DNA from: a virus
Lineage: Duplodnaviria > Caudoviricetes
Strand: one strand, 5' to 3'
Virus record (IMG/VR): IMGVR_UViG_3300016484_000582
Span: 1 to 24,786 of that record
DNA length: 24,786 bases
Of the stretch, positions 1 to 6,394 are shown piece after piece. Each line of letters begins with the position of its first letter. Within the stretch, counting starts at the first letter, position 1. Under the pieces are notes generated by a model that did no database searches, had not been told where the DNA came from, and saw nothing but the letters and a program-made list of their open reading frames with translations. The position numbers and the translations under genes were made by a program.

Positions 1-84
1 GGTTAAGTCTGCTTGTGTGCCAAGACCATTCCAAAATTTAGGCTCACCACCGCAAAACGGACATGGTTTTAATTTATCTTTCAT
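1..84 (-). CDS. Lar-family (restriction alleviation-like) zinc-finger protein, truncated by the window edge
   Basis: Not in the ORF track. Manual translation from ATG at 84 gives MKDKLKPCPFCGGEPKFWNGLGTQADLT. The LKPCPFCG start is typical of Lar-like phage proteins. SD GAGGGGAG lies upstream. Confidence 0.7.
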   Translation of the reverse strand, partial: MKDKLKPCPFCGGEPKFWNGLGTQADLT

Positions 85-85
85 T

Positions 86-391
86 TCAAATTCTCCCCTC
101 GTCATTGGTTGCCGCTTGTGCAATAAACCGCCGTAATTGGTCAGCGGAAAAAGGGCTAAGCCCTGCTTTCTCCAAAGCGTGCTTGGCTGTCTCCCCACCG
201 CTCATAGCTAGCCCTGCGATGTACCGTGTACTCATCTCGTCTATGCCTAATTTATCGTGGTAATACACACACAACTCTGAATACAAAGCTTGCACAGCTT
301 CGCCTTCGTCGCCAAAGAGTTCATTGCACAAGATTTTTGTTTTGCTATCATGTTTTAAAGCCTCAGCCCATGTTTTTGATTTATCGCTCAT
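86..391 (-). CDS. hypothetical phage protein (101 aa)
   Basis: ORF packed tightly in the leftward operon; ends ...NDEGRI. Confidence 0.7.
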   Translation of the reverse strand: MSDKSKTWAEALKHDSKTKILCNELFGDEGEAVQALYSELCVYYHDKLGIDEMSTRYIAGLAMSGGETAKHALEKAGLSPFSADQLRRFIAQAATNDEGRI

Positions 392-397
392 CTCAAA

Positions 398-709
398 TCA
401 CCACCATGCAGGCTCGAGGGAATTCTTGGCTTGCCGCCATTTTTTAGTGTCTTTCTTCAAAACCTTGCCGTTAGAAACCACGGGAACAATCTTAACAATC
501 GTGAGACTTTTAAGGAACTCCACGGGTTTTTTTTCCTCGTCCAGCCATACGCCAGCATTCATGCACTCAGTGTAAAACAATATACCTCTTTCATCTTTGT
601 AAATATGAACCTTATTCCCATACTCATTCCACAATTCATATTCCTCTGAATTATCAATATACGACTCATAAAGTTCGACAAGTTTCAAGCATGTTTTATT
701 GTTCCGCAT
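398..709 (-). CDS. hypothetical phage protein (103 aa)
   Basis: ORF with a GGGAGG SD inside the 3' end of the upstream gene. Confidence 0.7.
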   Translation of the reverse strand: MRNNKTCLKLVELYESYIDNSEEYELWNEYGNKVHIYKDERGILFYTECMNAGVWLDEEKKPVEFLKSLTIVKIVPVVSNGKVLKKDTKKWRQAKNSLEPAWW

Positions 710-710
710 C

Positions 711-929
711 TTAAATCCTCCCTTCGTCGTCGTTAGCGTATGGAAACTTTACCACTGGCGGGTAGATATAATCATGCGCGGCAAGCCAAGCATCGCCACT
801 ATCGCAAGTGCTCCGTGATGCCTGCACTAGACGGCCAAGCAAGGCTTTTGCTCGTTCAAGTTCCGTTCTCAATTTTGCCTGTTCGCGTAAAGCAAATTCC
901 AGTTTAATTTCTGCATTTTGATGGTTCAT
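711..929 (-). CDS. hypothetical phage protein with a coiled-coil N-terminus (72 aa)
   Basis: ORF with AAGGAG SD; ends ...NDDEGRI. Confidence 0.7.
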   Translation of the reverse strand: MNHQNAEIKLEFALREQAKLRTELERAKALLGRLVQASRSTCDSGDAWLAAHDYIYPPVVKFPYANDDEGRI

Positions 930-941
930 AATTGTCTCCTT

Positions 942-1484
942 TTAACCAAAAATTTCCCGAAACAGGTTTTCTTGGAATTTTTTTTCAGCATCAACCCAAG
1001 AAGCATCCCAAGCAGCTTGAAGAACTGTACCAAGTGCAGCATCCCACCAATAAATAGCATGAGCAGCAGCATAAGTAGCATAAACAACAACCCAAGCAGC
1101 ATTCTCACCTTGCTTAGCATAAGTAGCCTTATTAGCAGCATCAGCAGCAGCCTCTAAATCTGCCTTGGTGATTTTACCCGCTAGATAATCTTTTGCGGCT
1201 TGTATTGCTAATCGTGGACGTTTCTCATTAGGAAATTCCTTTTCAAAGATAAGCAGCGCGTTCTCCGCATATAGGATAGCAAACTGAATTATTTTTTCAC
1301 GGTGCTGGTCGAAAACAGTGCGAATGCACCACAGCGCATCACGCAAGCCGTTACTCTCTAGTATAGATACTAACGCTAAAGGTTCATCGTCGGCCTGTGC
1401 TTTGCCTAGGCTTGACAACAGTTTATCCAAACTTTTGTGTGTTACAAAAGCACTGATTTTATTAAGGGTTGTGTAAACGGTCAT
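942..1484 (-). CDS. Imm5-like / Ala-rich helical phage protein
   Basis: Motifs LESNGLRDALWC and FEKEFPNEKRPRLAIQAAKDYLAGKIT, then an Ala/Trp-rich tail, recalled as a common phage family. GAGGT SD. Confidence 0.65.
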   Translation of the reverse strand: MTVYTTLNKISAFVTHKSLDKLLSSLGKAQADDEPLALVSILESNGLRDALWCIRTVFDQHREKIIQFAILYAENALLIFEKEFPNEKRPRLAIQAAKDYLAGKITKADLEAAADAANKATYAKQGENAAWVVVYATYAAAHAIYWWDAALGTVLQAAWDASWVDAEKKFQENLFREIFG

Positions 1485-1493
1485 GGTTGTACC

Positions 1494-1772
1494 TCAAAAT
1501 GGGATTTCGTTATCAGCAAATGGTGCTGGCTCTACTTGTGTTTTTATTTGCTTTTTCAAGTACTCGCTACCACCGACAGGTTCAATTTTAAGGGTACATT
1601 CCACTTGCCCATTGTAGAGATTAGGCAACGGCAATGCGTTGAGTTTAATCAAAATACTGCCGTCGTTGTTTTCAAAAGCTACACCTATTGTAGTATATTT
1701 GGTTCCTTGCTTCCCGTTTTTGGCTGTGTAACTGTTCAGTGCTTTAACTTCTCTGGATGCTATTCCTGACAT
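1494..1772 (-). CDS. single-stranded DNA-binding protein-like
   Basis: Short beta-rich protein (YTTIGVAFENNDGSILIKLNALP) with an SSB-type acidic tail (DNEIPF), directly downstream of erf. Confidence 0.6.
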   Translation of the reverse strand: MSGIASREVKALNSYTAKNGKQGTKYTTIGVAFENNDGSILIKLNALPLPNLYNGQVECTLKIEPVGGSEYLKKQIKTQVEPAPFADNEIPF

Positions 1773-1776
1773 GATA

Positions 1777-2655
1777 TTACTCCTCTGGTTGATTGATGGG
1801 TTGAACTTGATTGTCTTGTAATTTTTGCAATGATGTAAAAAATTTTGTATCTGGTATGGTGATTAACTTGTAAAATGTATCAGCTGTTACGTCGGAGACT
1901 TCGATACCCTCTTTTGTTTTGAATTTATCAAAAAATGCTTTTTGAATTTCCGGCGTTGCGCCAGTAAAGGCCGCATACAATTTCAACTTATCATGAGATG
2001 TTATCTCCACAGGTTTCTGGACTGGCTTAGGGGCTTCATGATTTACTTTATTGCCGTCAATATCATCACCAGTACTGATATTAAGCAGGGCACACAAGGC
2101 AACACGGCGTAAATACGATACGGTACTCGATATAGCTTGTATATCAGTTTTATTAGAATTCCCCTTAGTACCTGCACCGTCCAATGGCATTGTTAAGTCG
2201 CTATATTCAGAGTGACCGCGGCTGTGTAAAAGCTCCACCCTAACCGTAACCGATGTTTCAGTCTGATTAATAATTTTATGCTTCGTTGCAAAATTATATC
2301 TACCAAGTACTGGGTCTATCTCTTTGTTAATATCCTCTAGCTTTGCATAATTAGATTTTGTGTGCGGGTTTTTGTGATTTTTAATCACAACCGGAAGGTG
2401 TGGCTTCATTTTTACAAAGTCTTTTGTAAATTCCAACTTTGCAATCCGATCTTTTTCAGCATTACGCATCCGGATAAGCCCTTCGAGGACAGCTACATTC
2501 CCCCTTTCCGCTGCTTGCAGAATTGCATTTGTAATAACATTATTACTGACAGCAACGGCTTTTGTCTCATGCTCGTGAGCCAATACTTGATAATGATGCG
2601 CGTCTTGATCGGCGTTGTTGCGATCAATCTCATCCTGTTCATCTTCGTAAGACAT
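1777..2655 (-). CDS. erf: ERF-family single-strand annealing recombinase
   Basis: KSNYAKLEDI, LLHSRGHSE and QAISSTVSYLRRVALCALLNISTGDDIDG match the ERF signature (GSxxTYxRRYxL...DDxDG). Confidence 0.85.
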   Translation of the reverse strand: MSYEDEQDEIDRNNADQDAHHYQVLAHEHETKAVAVSNNVITNAILQAAERGNVAVLEGLIRMRNAEKDRIAKLEFTKDFVKMKPHLPVVIKNHKNPHTKSNYAKLEDINKEIDPVLGRYNFATKHKIINQTETSVTVRVELLHSRGHSEYSDLTMPLDGAGTKGNSNKTDIQAISSTVSYLRRVALCALLNISTGDDIDGNKVNHEAPKPVQKPVEITSHDKLKLYAAFTGATPEIQKAFFDKFKTKEGIEVSDVTADTFYKLITIPDTKFFTSLQKLQDNQVQPINQPEE

Positions 2656-2685
2656 TTTGTTTATCCTTTCTACGTGGTTTAAAAT

Positions 2686-3030
2686 TTACAGTGGTCCCCC
2701 GCCCAGAAAAGTGGGCAGGATTTGGGGCAGGTATCCTTTAATCTCAAGAATCGCAATGATACTCCCCATAATCATTGCTACAGCAGCAGCAAAATATAAG
2801 CCAAGATTGCTACGCTTGCGCTCCAACGCTTTGTTGTCGGCCATAAGATAATCCGAATATCCACTATGTTTATTTGGGAGTATTGTATCGACCCAGTTTT
2901 GCAAGTTGTTTGCAGCTTCTTGCGCACTTTTTTCTGCCTCGATCATCTCAAAACCAGCTTGTATCAGTGTTGGTTTTGTTCCAGAGGCTTCGGCATCCCA
3001 GCCGAAACGCTTAGGATTGTTGGTGTTCAT
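2686..3030 (-). CDS. hypothetical protein with one C-terminal transmembrane segment
   Basis: Start moved to ATG 3030 (MNTNNPKRFG), which overlaps the upstream stop (ATGA) and has a GGAG SD. Hydrophobic stretch LGLYFAAAVAMIMGSIIAIL. Confidence 0.65.
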   Translation of the reverse strand: MNTNNPKRFGWDAEASGTKPTLIQAGFEMIEAEKSAQEAANNLQNWVDTILPNKHSGYSDYLMADNKALERKRSNLGLYFAAAVAMIMGSIIAILEIKGYLPQILPTFLGGGPL

Positions 3031-3224
3031 GACTCTACTCCTAATTTGCAGGCTATTTTTGACAGTTTCCAATTAATATTTATTAATTTTAACTCAGTAT
3101 CCATTCTCATATTATGAGAAAGGTCTTTATCAAGTAAAGACTGCAAAAATTCACGAACGCAGTAAAGACCGTGAATATAATATCCAAATTTTTTATACCC
3201 AGCGATCATCTCTTGAGTGGTCAT
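3027..3224 (-). CDS. hypothetical protein, first gene of the leftward operon (65 aa)
   Basis: ORF with a strong AGAAAGGAG SD; no HTH or peptidase S24 motif visible. Confidence 0.65.
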   Translation of the reverse strand: MTTQEMIAGYKKFGYYIHGLYCVREFLQSLLDKDLSHNMRMDTELKLININWKLSKIACKLGVES

Positions 3225-3248
3225 ATTGTGGTCTCCTTTCTGAAAATA

Positions 3249-3276
3249 AATATAGCATACTTTTTTAGCTGTGCAA
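3249..3276 (-). promoter_or_regulatory. possible leftward sigma70 promoter
   Basis: TTGCAC (3276-3271) N16 TATATT (3254-3249), with an upstream A-tract. Confidence 0.4.
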
Positions 3277-3290
3277 CAGTTTTTTTTATT

Positions 3291-3319
3291 TTGACGAAAA
3301 AAAAGTTTTGCTGTACTAT
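3291..3319 (+). promoter_or_regulatory. rightward sigma70 promoter
   Basis: TTGACG (3291-3296) N17 TACTAT (3314-3319), followed by AGGAGG SD and ATG 3340. Confidence 0.65.
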
Positions 3320-3339
3320 AACAAATAGGAGGCTATTTT

Positions 3340-3522
3340 ATGAAACTTGAGGCATATCTCAAAAAAGAAAGGATGACGCAAAGGGAATTTGCAAAATTAA
3401 TCAATGTTGACGAGTCAACATTAAGCCACTGGCTAACAGGTTTACATCGTCCCTCTTGGCCTGCGATGTTTAAAATTGTTGATATTACCAATGGTCAAGT
3501 TAAACCCAACGATTTTTTTTGA
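3340..3522 (+). CDS. Cro-like XRE-family HTH regulator
   Basis: MKLEAYLKKERMTQREFAKLINVDESTLSHWLTGLHRPS...TNGQVKPNDF is a typical phage Cro/XRE sequence. Confidence 0.85.
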   Translation: MKLEAYLKKERMTQREFAKLINVDESTLSHWLTGLHRPSWPAMFKIVDITNGQVKPNDFF

Positions 3523-3534
3523 AAAGGAATCAAC

Positions 3535-3801
3535 ATGACACAGTGGCAACCTATTGAGACTGCACCGAAAGATGGATCAAAAATAATCCTATTTTATATA
3601 GATCGCAAAGGTAACAAGCGGACGGTTTTTGGACGGTGGATGACTGATGAACAAGCGGAAGATTGCGACCGCGATGGCGTAGGCCTTAAAGCTGGCTGGT
3701 ACGAAACCATCGAAAACTGGGGAGATTACTCCTTCGTAGCAATCTCTGGAGGTGAGCCAACCCAGTGGATGCCCCTTTTTTGGAAGGAGGAAGGAGAGTA
3801 A
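3535..3801 (+). CDS. DUF551-like phage protein, copy 1
   Basis: N-terminal WQPIETAPKDG and C-terminal PTQWMPL motifs. Confidence 0.8.
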   Translation: MTQWQPIETAPKDGSKIILFYIDRKGNKRTVFGRWMTDEQAEDCDRDGVGLKAGWYETIENWGDYSFVAISGGEPTQWMPLFWKEEGE

Positions 3802-3803
3802 CC

Positions 3804-4046
3804 ATGACACAGTGGCAACCTATTGAGACCCTCCCCAAGGACTGGAAACGAATTTTAGTTTTTGGGGTCAAAACTGGCGAACTTAGCGGAGAAGCTGAGC
3901 ACCCTGATATTTGGCTATGTGAAAACGAAATTGGTAACGGAACTTTTTGCATTGTTGGGTGCGAATATTATGGAGCGTGGGTCTATAACCCCACTCGCTG
4001 GATGCCCCTGCTACCACCACCAGCAATAATCGAAAAAGGAGAGTAA
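3804..4046 (+). CDS. DUF551-like phage protein, copy 2
   Basis: Start moved to ATG 3804 (MTQWQPIETLPKD...PTRWMPLLPPP), AAGGAG SD. Confidence 0.8.
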   Translation: MTQWQPIETLPKDWKRILVFGVKTGELSGEAEHPDIWLCENEIGNGTFCIVGCEYYGAWVYNPTRWMPLLPPPAIIEKGE

Positions 4047-4047
4047 T

Positions 4048-4302
4048 ATGACCATCCCCAACACCAGCCTAACCAGCATCATCGAGCGCATCGAACGCCT
4101 CAATGAGGACGTTAAATACCTAAAGCAAGACCTGAAAGAGGTTTTTGCAGAGGCTAAGGCGACAGGCTTTGACGTGAAAGTGTTAAAGCGGCTTGTCAAG
4201 CTTCGTGCCGCCGATCCTGTTGAAGCCGCAGAGCTAGCCGCCGTCCTTGAAGCCTACGCCGCCAACATAGGGCAACCAGAATTGCCGGATTTGTTTGTAT
4301 GA
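4048..4302 (+). CDS. gapR: GapR / DUF2312 (UPF0335) nucleoid-associated DNA-binding protein
   Basis: LTSIIERIERLNEDVKYLKQDLKEVFAEAKATGFDVKVLKRLVKLR matches the family pattern IERIERLEEEK...IKEVYAEAKxxGFDxK. Confidence 0.85.
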   Translation: MTIPNTSLTSIIERIERLNEDVKYLKQDLKEVFAEAKATGFDVKVLKRLVKLRAADPVEAAELAAVLEAYAANIGQPELPDLFV

Positions 4303-4490
4303 AATTCTTTTTTAAAAGAAAAAAAGTAACCAGATATAGGATAAAACAAACCGAACCAGAGCTTTTTTTTGTACAGGTAAATATTAGTGACAATGACTGG
4401 TGGGCTATAGATGTCGCCTATTCTTTGGAAGAGGCTGAAGAAATCTTAAATAGATTAATGTCGTTTCCAAAAATTGTGAAAGAAATATAA
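4299..4490 (+). CDS. hypothetical protein (63 aa)
   Basis: ATGA overlap with the gapR stop; fills the operon gap. Confidence 0.65.
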   Translation: MKFFFKRKKVTRYRIKQTEPELFFVQVNISDNDWWAIDVAYSLEEAEEILNRLMSFPKIVKEI

Positions 4491-4521
4491 GTTGAGAAAT
4501 AACGCGAGAAGGAGAATAGCT

Positions 4522-4866
4522 ATGAATTACTACCCCATTACGCCAGTTCCTAAACCAAGCATGACCCACGCCGATAGATGGAAAAACCGCCCCTGCGTGC
4601 TGCGGTATTTTGCCTTCAAGGACGAAGTAAGACTTCGCAAGGTTACTTTTGATTCCGGGAGTATTATTACATTTCATCTTCCCATGCCTAATTCGTGGAG
4701 CGCAAAGAAAAAAGCAACCATGAATGGCAAGCCGCATAAGCAAACACCTGATTTTGACAATCTCATGAAGGCTTTATCCGACAGCGTTTATAAGGATGAT
4801 TCACACATCAGCAGCATCAGCATTAGAAAGATATGGGCGTATGAGGGTGGTATAACAATAGAGTAG
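4522..4866 (+). CDS. rusA: RusA-family Holliday junction resolvase
   Basis: PDFDNLMKALSD...DDSHI catalytic motifs. Start moved to ATG 4522 after the AAGGAG SD. Confidence 0.85.
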   Translation: MNYYPITPVPKPSMTHADRWKNRPCVLRYFAFKDEVRLRKVTFDSGSIITFHLPMPNSWSAKKKATMNGKPHKQTPDFDNLMKALSDSVYKDDSHISSISIRKIWAYEGGITIE

Positions 4867-4873
4867 AATTAAC

Positions 4874-4902
4874 TTGATTTTAACGATAGATTAAAATAGT
4901 AT
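4874..4902 (+). promoter_or_regulatory. putative promoter of small RNA 1
   Basis: TTGATT N17 TAGTAT; the predicted +1 falls near the first G of the RNA closing stem. Confidence 0.55.
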
Positions 4903-4909
4903 GAACATT

Positions 4910-4978
4910 GGGGCTAGGGAGTGGTTGCCCGAAAGCCGTCAGAATTATCCTTTCACTGACCAGCACGCCCCTTTTTTT
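4910..4978 (+). ncRNA. putative C4/CI-like antisense small RNA 1 (three-way junction)
   Basis: P1 GGGGC/GCCCC, TA linker, P2 GGG/CCC with loop AGTGGTTG, GAAA linker, P3 GTCAG/CTGAC with loop AATTATCCTTTCA, then T7. Both loops are complementary to the repeated leaders at 2660-2680 and 8066-9339. Confidence 0.7.
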
Positions 4979-4991
4979 ATCCATAATTAAC

Positions 4992-5020
4992 TTGATTTTA
5001 ACCCACGCTTGGTATAGGGT
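4992..5020 (+). promoter_or_regulatory. putative promoter of small RNA 2 / replication gene
   Basis: TTGATT N17 TAGGGT, with the same geometry as unit 1. Confidence 0.5.
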
Positions 5021-5026
5021 TTAACC

Positions 5027-5094
5027 GTGGCTAGGTATTGCAAGACCGAAAGCCCGATCTTTCCCTCGTCGGATGGGTTGCCACATATTTTTTT
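5027..5094 (+). ncRNA. putative small RNA 2, structural paralogue of RNA 1
   Basis: P1 GTGGC/GCCAC, TA, P2 GGT/ACC with loop ATTGCAAG, GAAA, P3 CCGA/TCGG with loop TCTTTCCCTCG, then ATA-T7. Compensatory changes against RNA 1 occur in P1 and P2. Confidence 0.65.
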
Positions 5095-5116
5095 GACGAG
5101 GAACGACGGGGTTATT

Positions 5117-6010
5117 ATGTCTATTGAAATCATGTCGCTTGTTTTCAAGGCGGCAATTCCCACAACACAAAAATTTGTGCTGATTGCCATTGCCGACCAT
5201 TGTAATCAAGACGGCAAAGGTTGGCCGTCTATTCAGCGGATCGCATCCCACACCTCTTTACAAACACGGACAGTGTACCGAGCCATTCATGACCTAGAGA
5301 CATGGGGCTTTTTGTCCAAAAGTCACAATCCACACTCCAAATCAACTTTATACACTATAAACAAAGCTGTATTGCTAAAACATCTGACTAATGGTCAGAT
5401 GACACACGATCACCTGACTGACGATCACCCTGACACACGATCACCCTCACCCCTGACTGACGATCACCCTACCCCTGACACACGATCAGGGGTACCCCTG
5501 ACTGACGATCACCCTAACCATAATATTAACCATAAAGAACCACCAAAAGAACCGTCATTAGCAAAATTGCCTTTTGACGATCCGGTTATCGAAAAGCCTC
5601 CCAAGGTGAAAAAGCCTAGGGCAATGCAAATGCCCAAAGGGTGGAAGCCGCACGATGCTCACCGGGCTAAGTGTGCTTCCTACGGGCTTGATCCGGAAGA
5701 CCTAGCCGAAAAGTTTGAAAACTATCACGCATCAAAGGGAAGTTTGTTTGTTGATTGGGACAGGGCTTTTTTCACTTGGATAGGAAACGCTAAAGAATTC
5801 AACCAAAACCACAGAGGATCGAACAATGAAAACTATCGGAAACCTAGCAACAAAGCTCCTACAATCGACGGAGAAACAGGAGAAATCATCAATGACCAGC
5901 TTTCCGGCAACTCTTTTGGAAACAATCCCAAACGAGACCAAGGAATGGATAAAGCGCAACGAATCTACGCTGGTGCAATGCACCTCTATGAAAGCAAGAT
6001 ACGGCAGTAA
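5117..6010 (+). CDS. phage replication initiator with N-terminal winged HTH (HTH_36-like)
   Basis: MSIEIMSLVF...KFVLIAIADHCNQDGKGWPSIQRIA...RTVYRAIHDLE, internal iterons, and C-terminal EKFENYH...VDWDRAFFTWI. Start moved to ATG 5117. Confidence 0.85.
   Translation: MSIEIMSLVFKAAIPTTQKFVLIAIADHCNQDGKGWPSIQRIASHTSLQTRTVYRAIHDLETWGFLSKSHNPHSKSTLYTINKAVLLKHLTNGQMTHDHLTDDHPDTRSPSPLTDDHPTPDTRSGVPLTDDHPNHNINHKEPPKEPSLAKLPFDDPVIEKPPKVKKPRAMQMPKGWKPHDAHRAKCASYGLDPEDLAEKFENYHASKGSLFVDWDRAFFTWIGNAKEFNQNHRGSNNENYRKPSNKAPTIDGETGEIINDQLSGNSFGNNPKRDQGMDKAQRIYAGAMHLYESKIRQ
5400..5513 (+). repeat. six 15-bp iterons, probable replication origin inside the initiator gene
   Basis: TGAC(AC/TG)ACGATCA(CC/GG) starting at 5400, 5415, 5431, 5454, 5476 and 5499, followed by an A-rich tract. 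Same layout as lambda ori within O. Confidence 0.85.
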
Positions 6011-6392
6011 ATTCAATGAGAATCGCGGCGCATGGGAGTTTGATGTAGTCGGTGAAGAGTTGCCTAGCATTGTGATTGAAAATCTTCCCGAAGGCACAAA
6101 AAGCGAGATCATGAAATCGGCAGGTCCGGCAATCATCATAGGGTTGCTTACATCGCTAACTATTATCAAAAAAAGCACAAGGCCAGAATCAGAAATGATT
6201 TTTATCATGCAAGAGTTAGCATCTGATTTCACAGGGATTCCGGTGATCGCTGCACAGTTGGCTTTTGAAAGCCTTAAGCGCGATCCGTCCCCTTGGTTCC
6301 CGGATTATCACGTTATCGTAGAGCGGTTTAACGACTTCACGAAACGGGTTGGTCTTATCAAAGACGCTTATTTGATTGAAGAAAGGAAATAG
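5826..6392 (+). CDS. hypothetical protein in the helicase-loader (lambda P) position
   Basis: 188-aa ORF with AGAGGA SD, overlapping the initiator 3' end. Function inferred from position only. Confidence 0.6.
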   Translation: MKTIGNLATKLLQSTEKQEKSSMTSFPATLLETIPNETKEWIKRNESTLVQCTSMKARYGSKFNENRGAWEFDVVGEELPSIVIENLPEGTKSEIMKSAGPAIIIGLLTSLTIIKKSTRPESEMIFIMQELASDFTGIPVIAAQLAFESLKRDPSPWFPDYHVIVERFNDFTKRVGLIKDAYLIEERK

Positions 6393-6394
6393 TT

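Larger units (their letters stand above)
4867..5002 (+). repeat. exact 18-bp direct repeat AATTAACTTGATTTTAAC (4867-4884 and 4985-5002)
   Basis: Read directly. Each copy contains a TTGATT -35 box, followed after 17 nt by TAGTAT (4897-4902) or TAGGGT (5015-5020). Confidence 0.9.

Noticed and set aside
918-1157. Low-complexity ORFs 918..1157 (+) and 926..1141 (-), and possible DGR-type repeats
   Set aside because: They are shadows of the Ala-rich codons in 942..1484. No template/variable repeat pair or reverse transcriptase was seen.
4910-5094. Structured RNAs read as tRNAs or hammerhead ribozymes
   Set aside because: They have only three stems, no T-loop GTTC or CCA end, and the GAAA junction lacks the hammerhead CUGANGA core.
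5027-5116. GTG-started N-terminal extension of the initiator in the ORF track
   Set aside because: It overlaps RNA 2 and its T-run and has no SD. ATG 5117 gives the typical MSI... family start.
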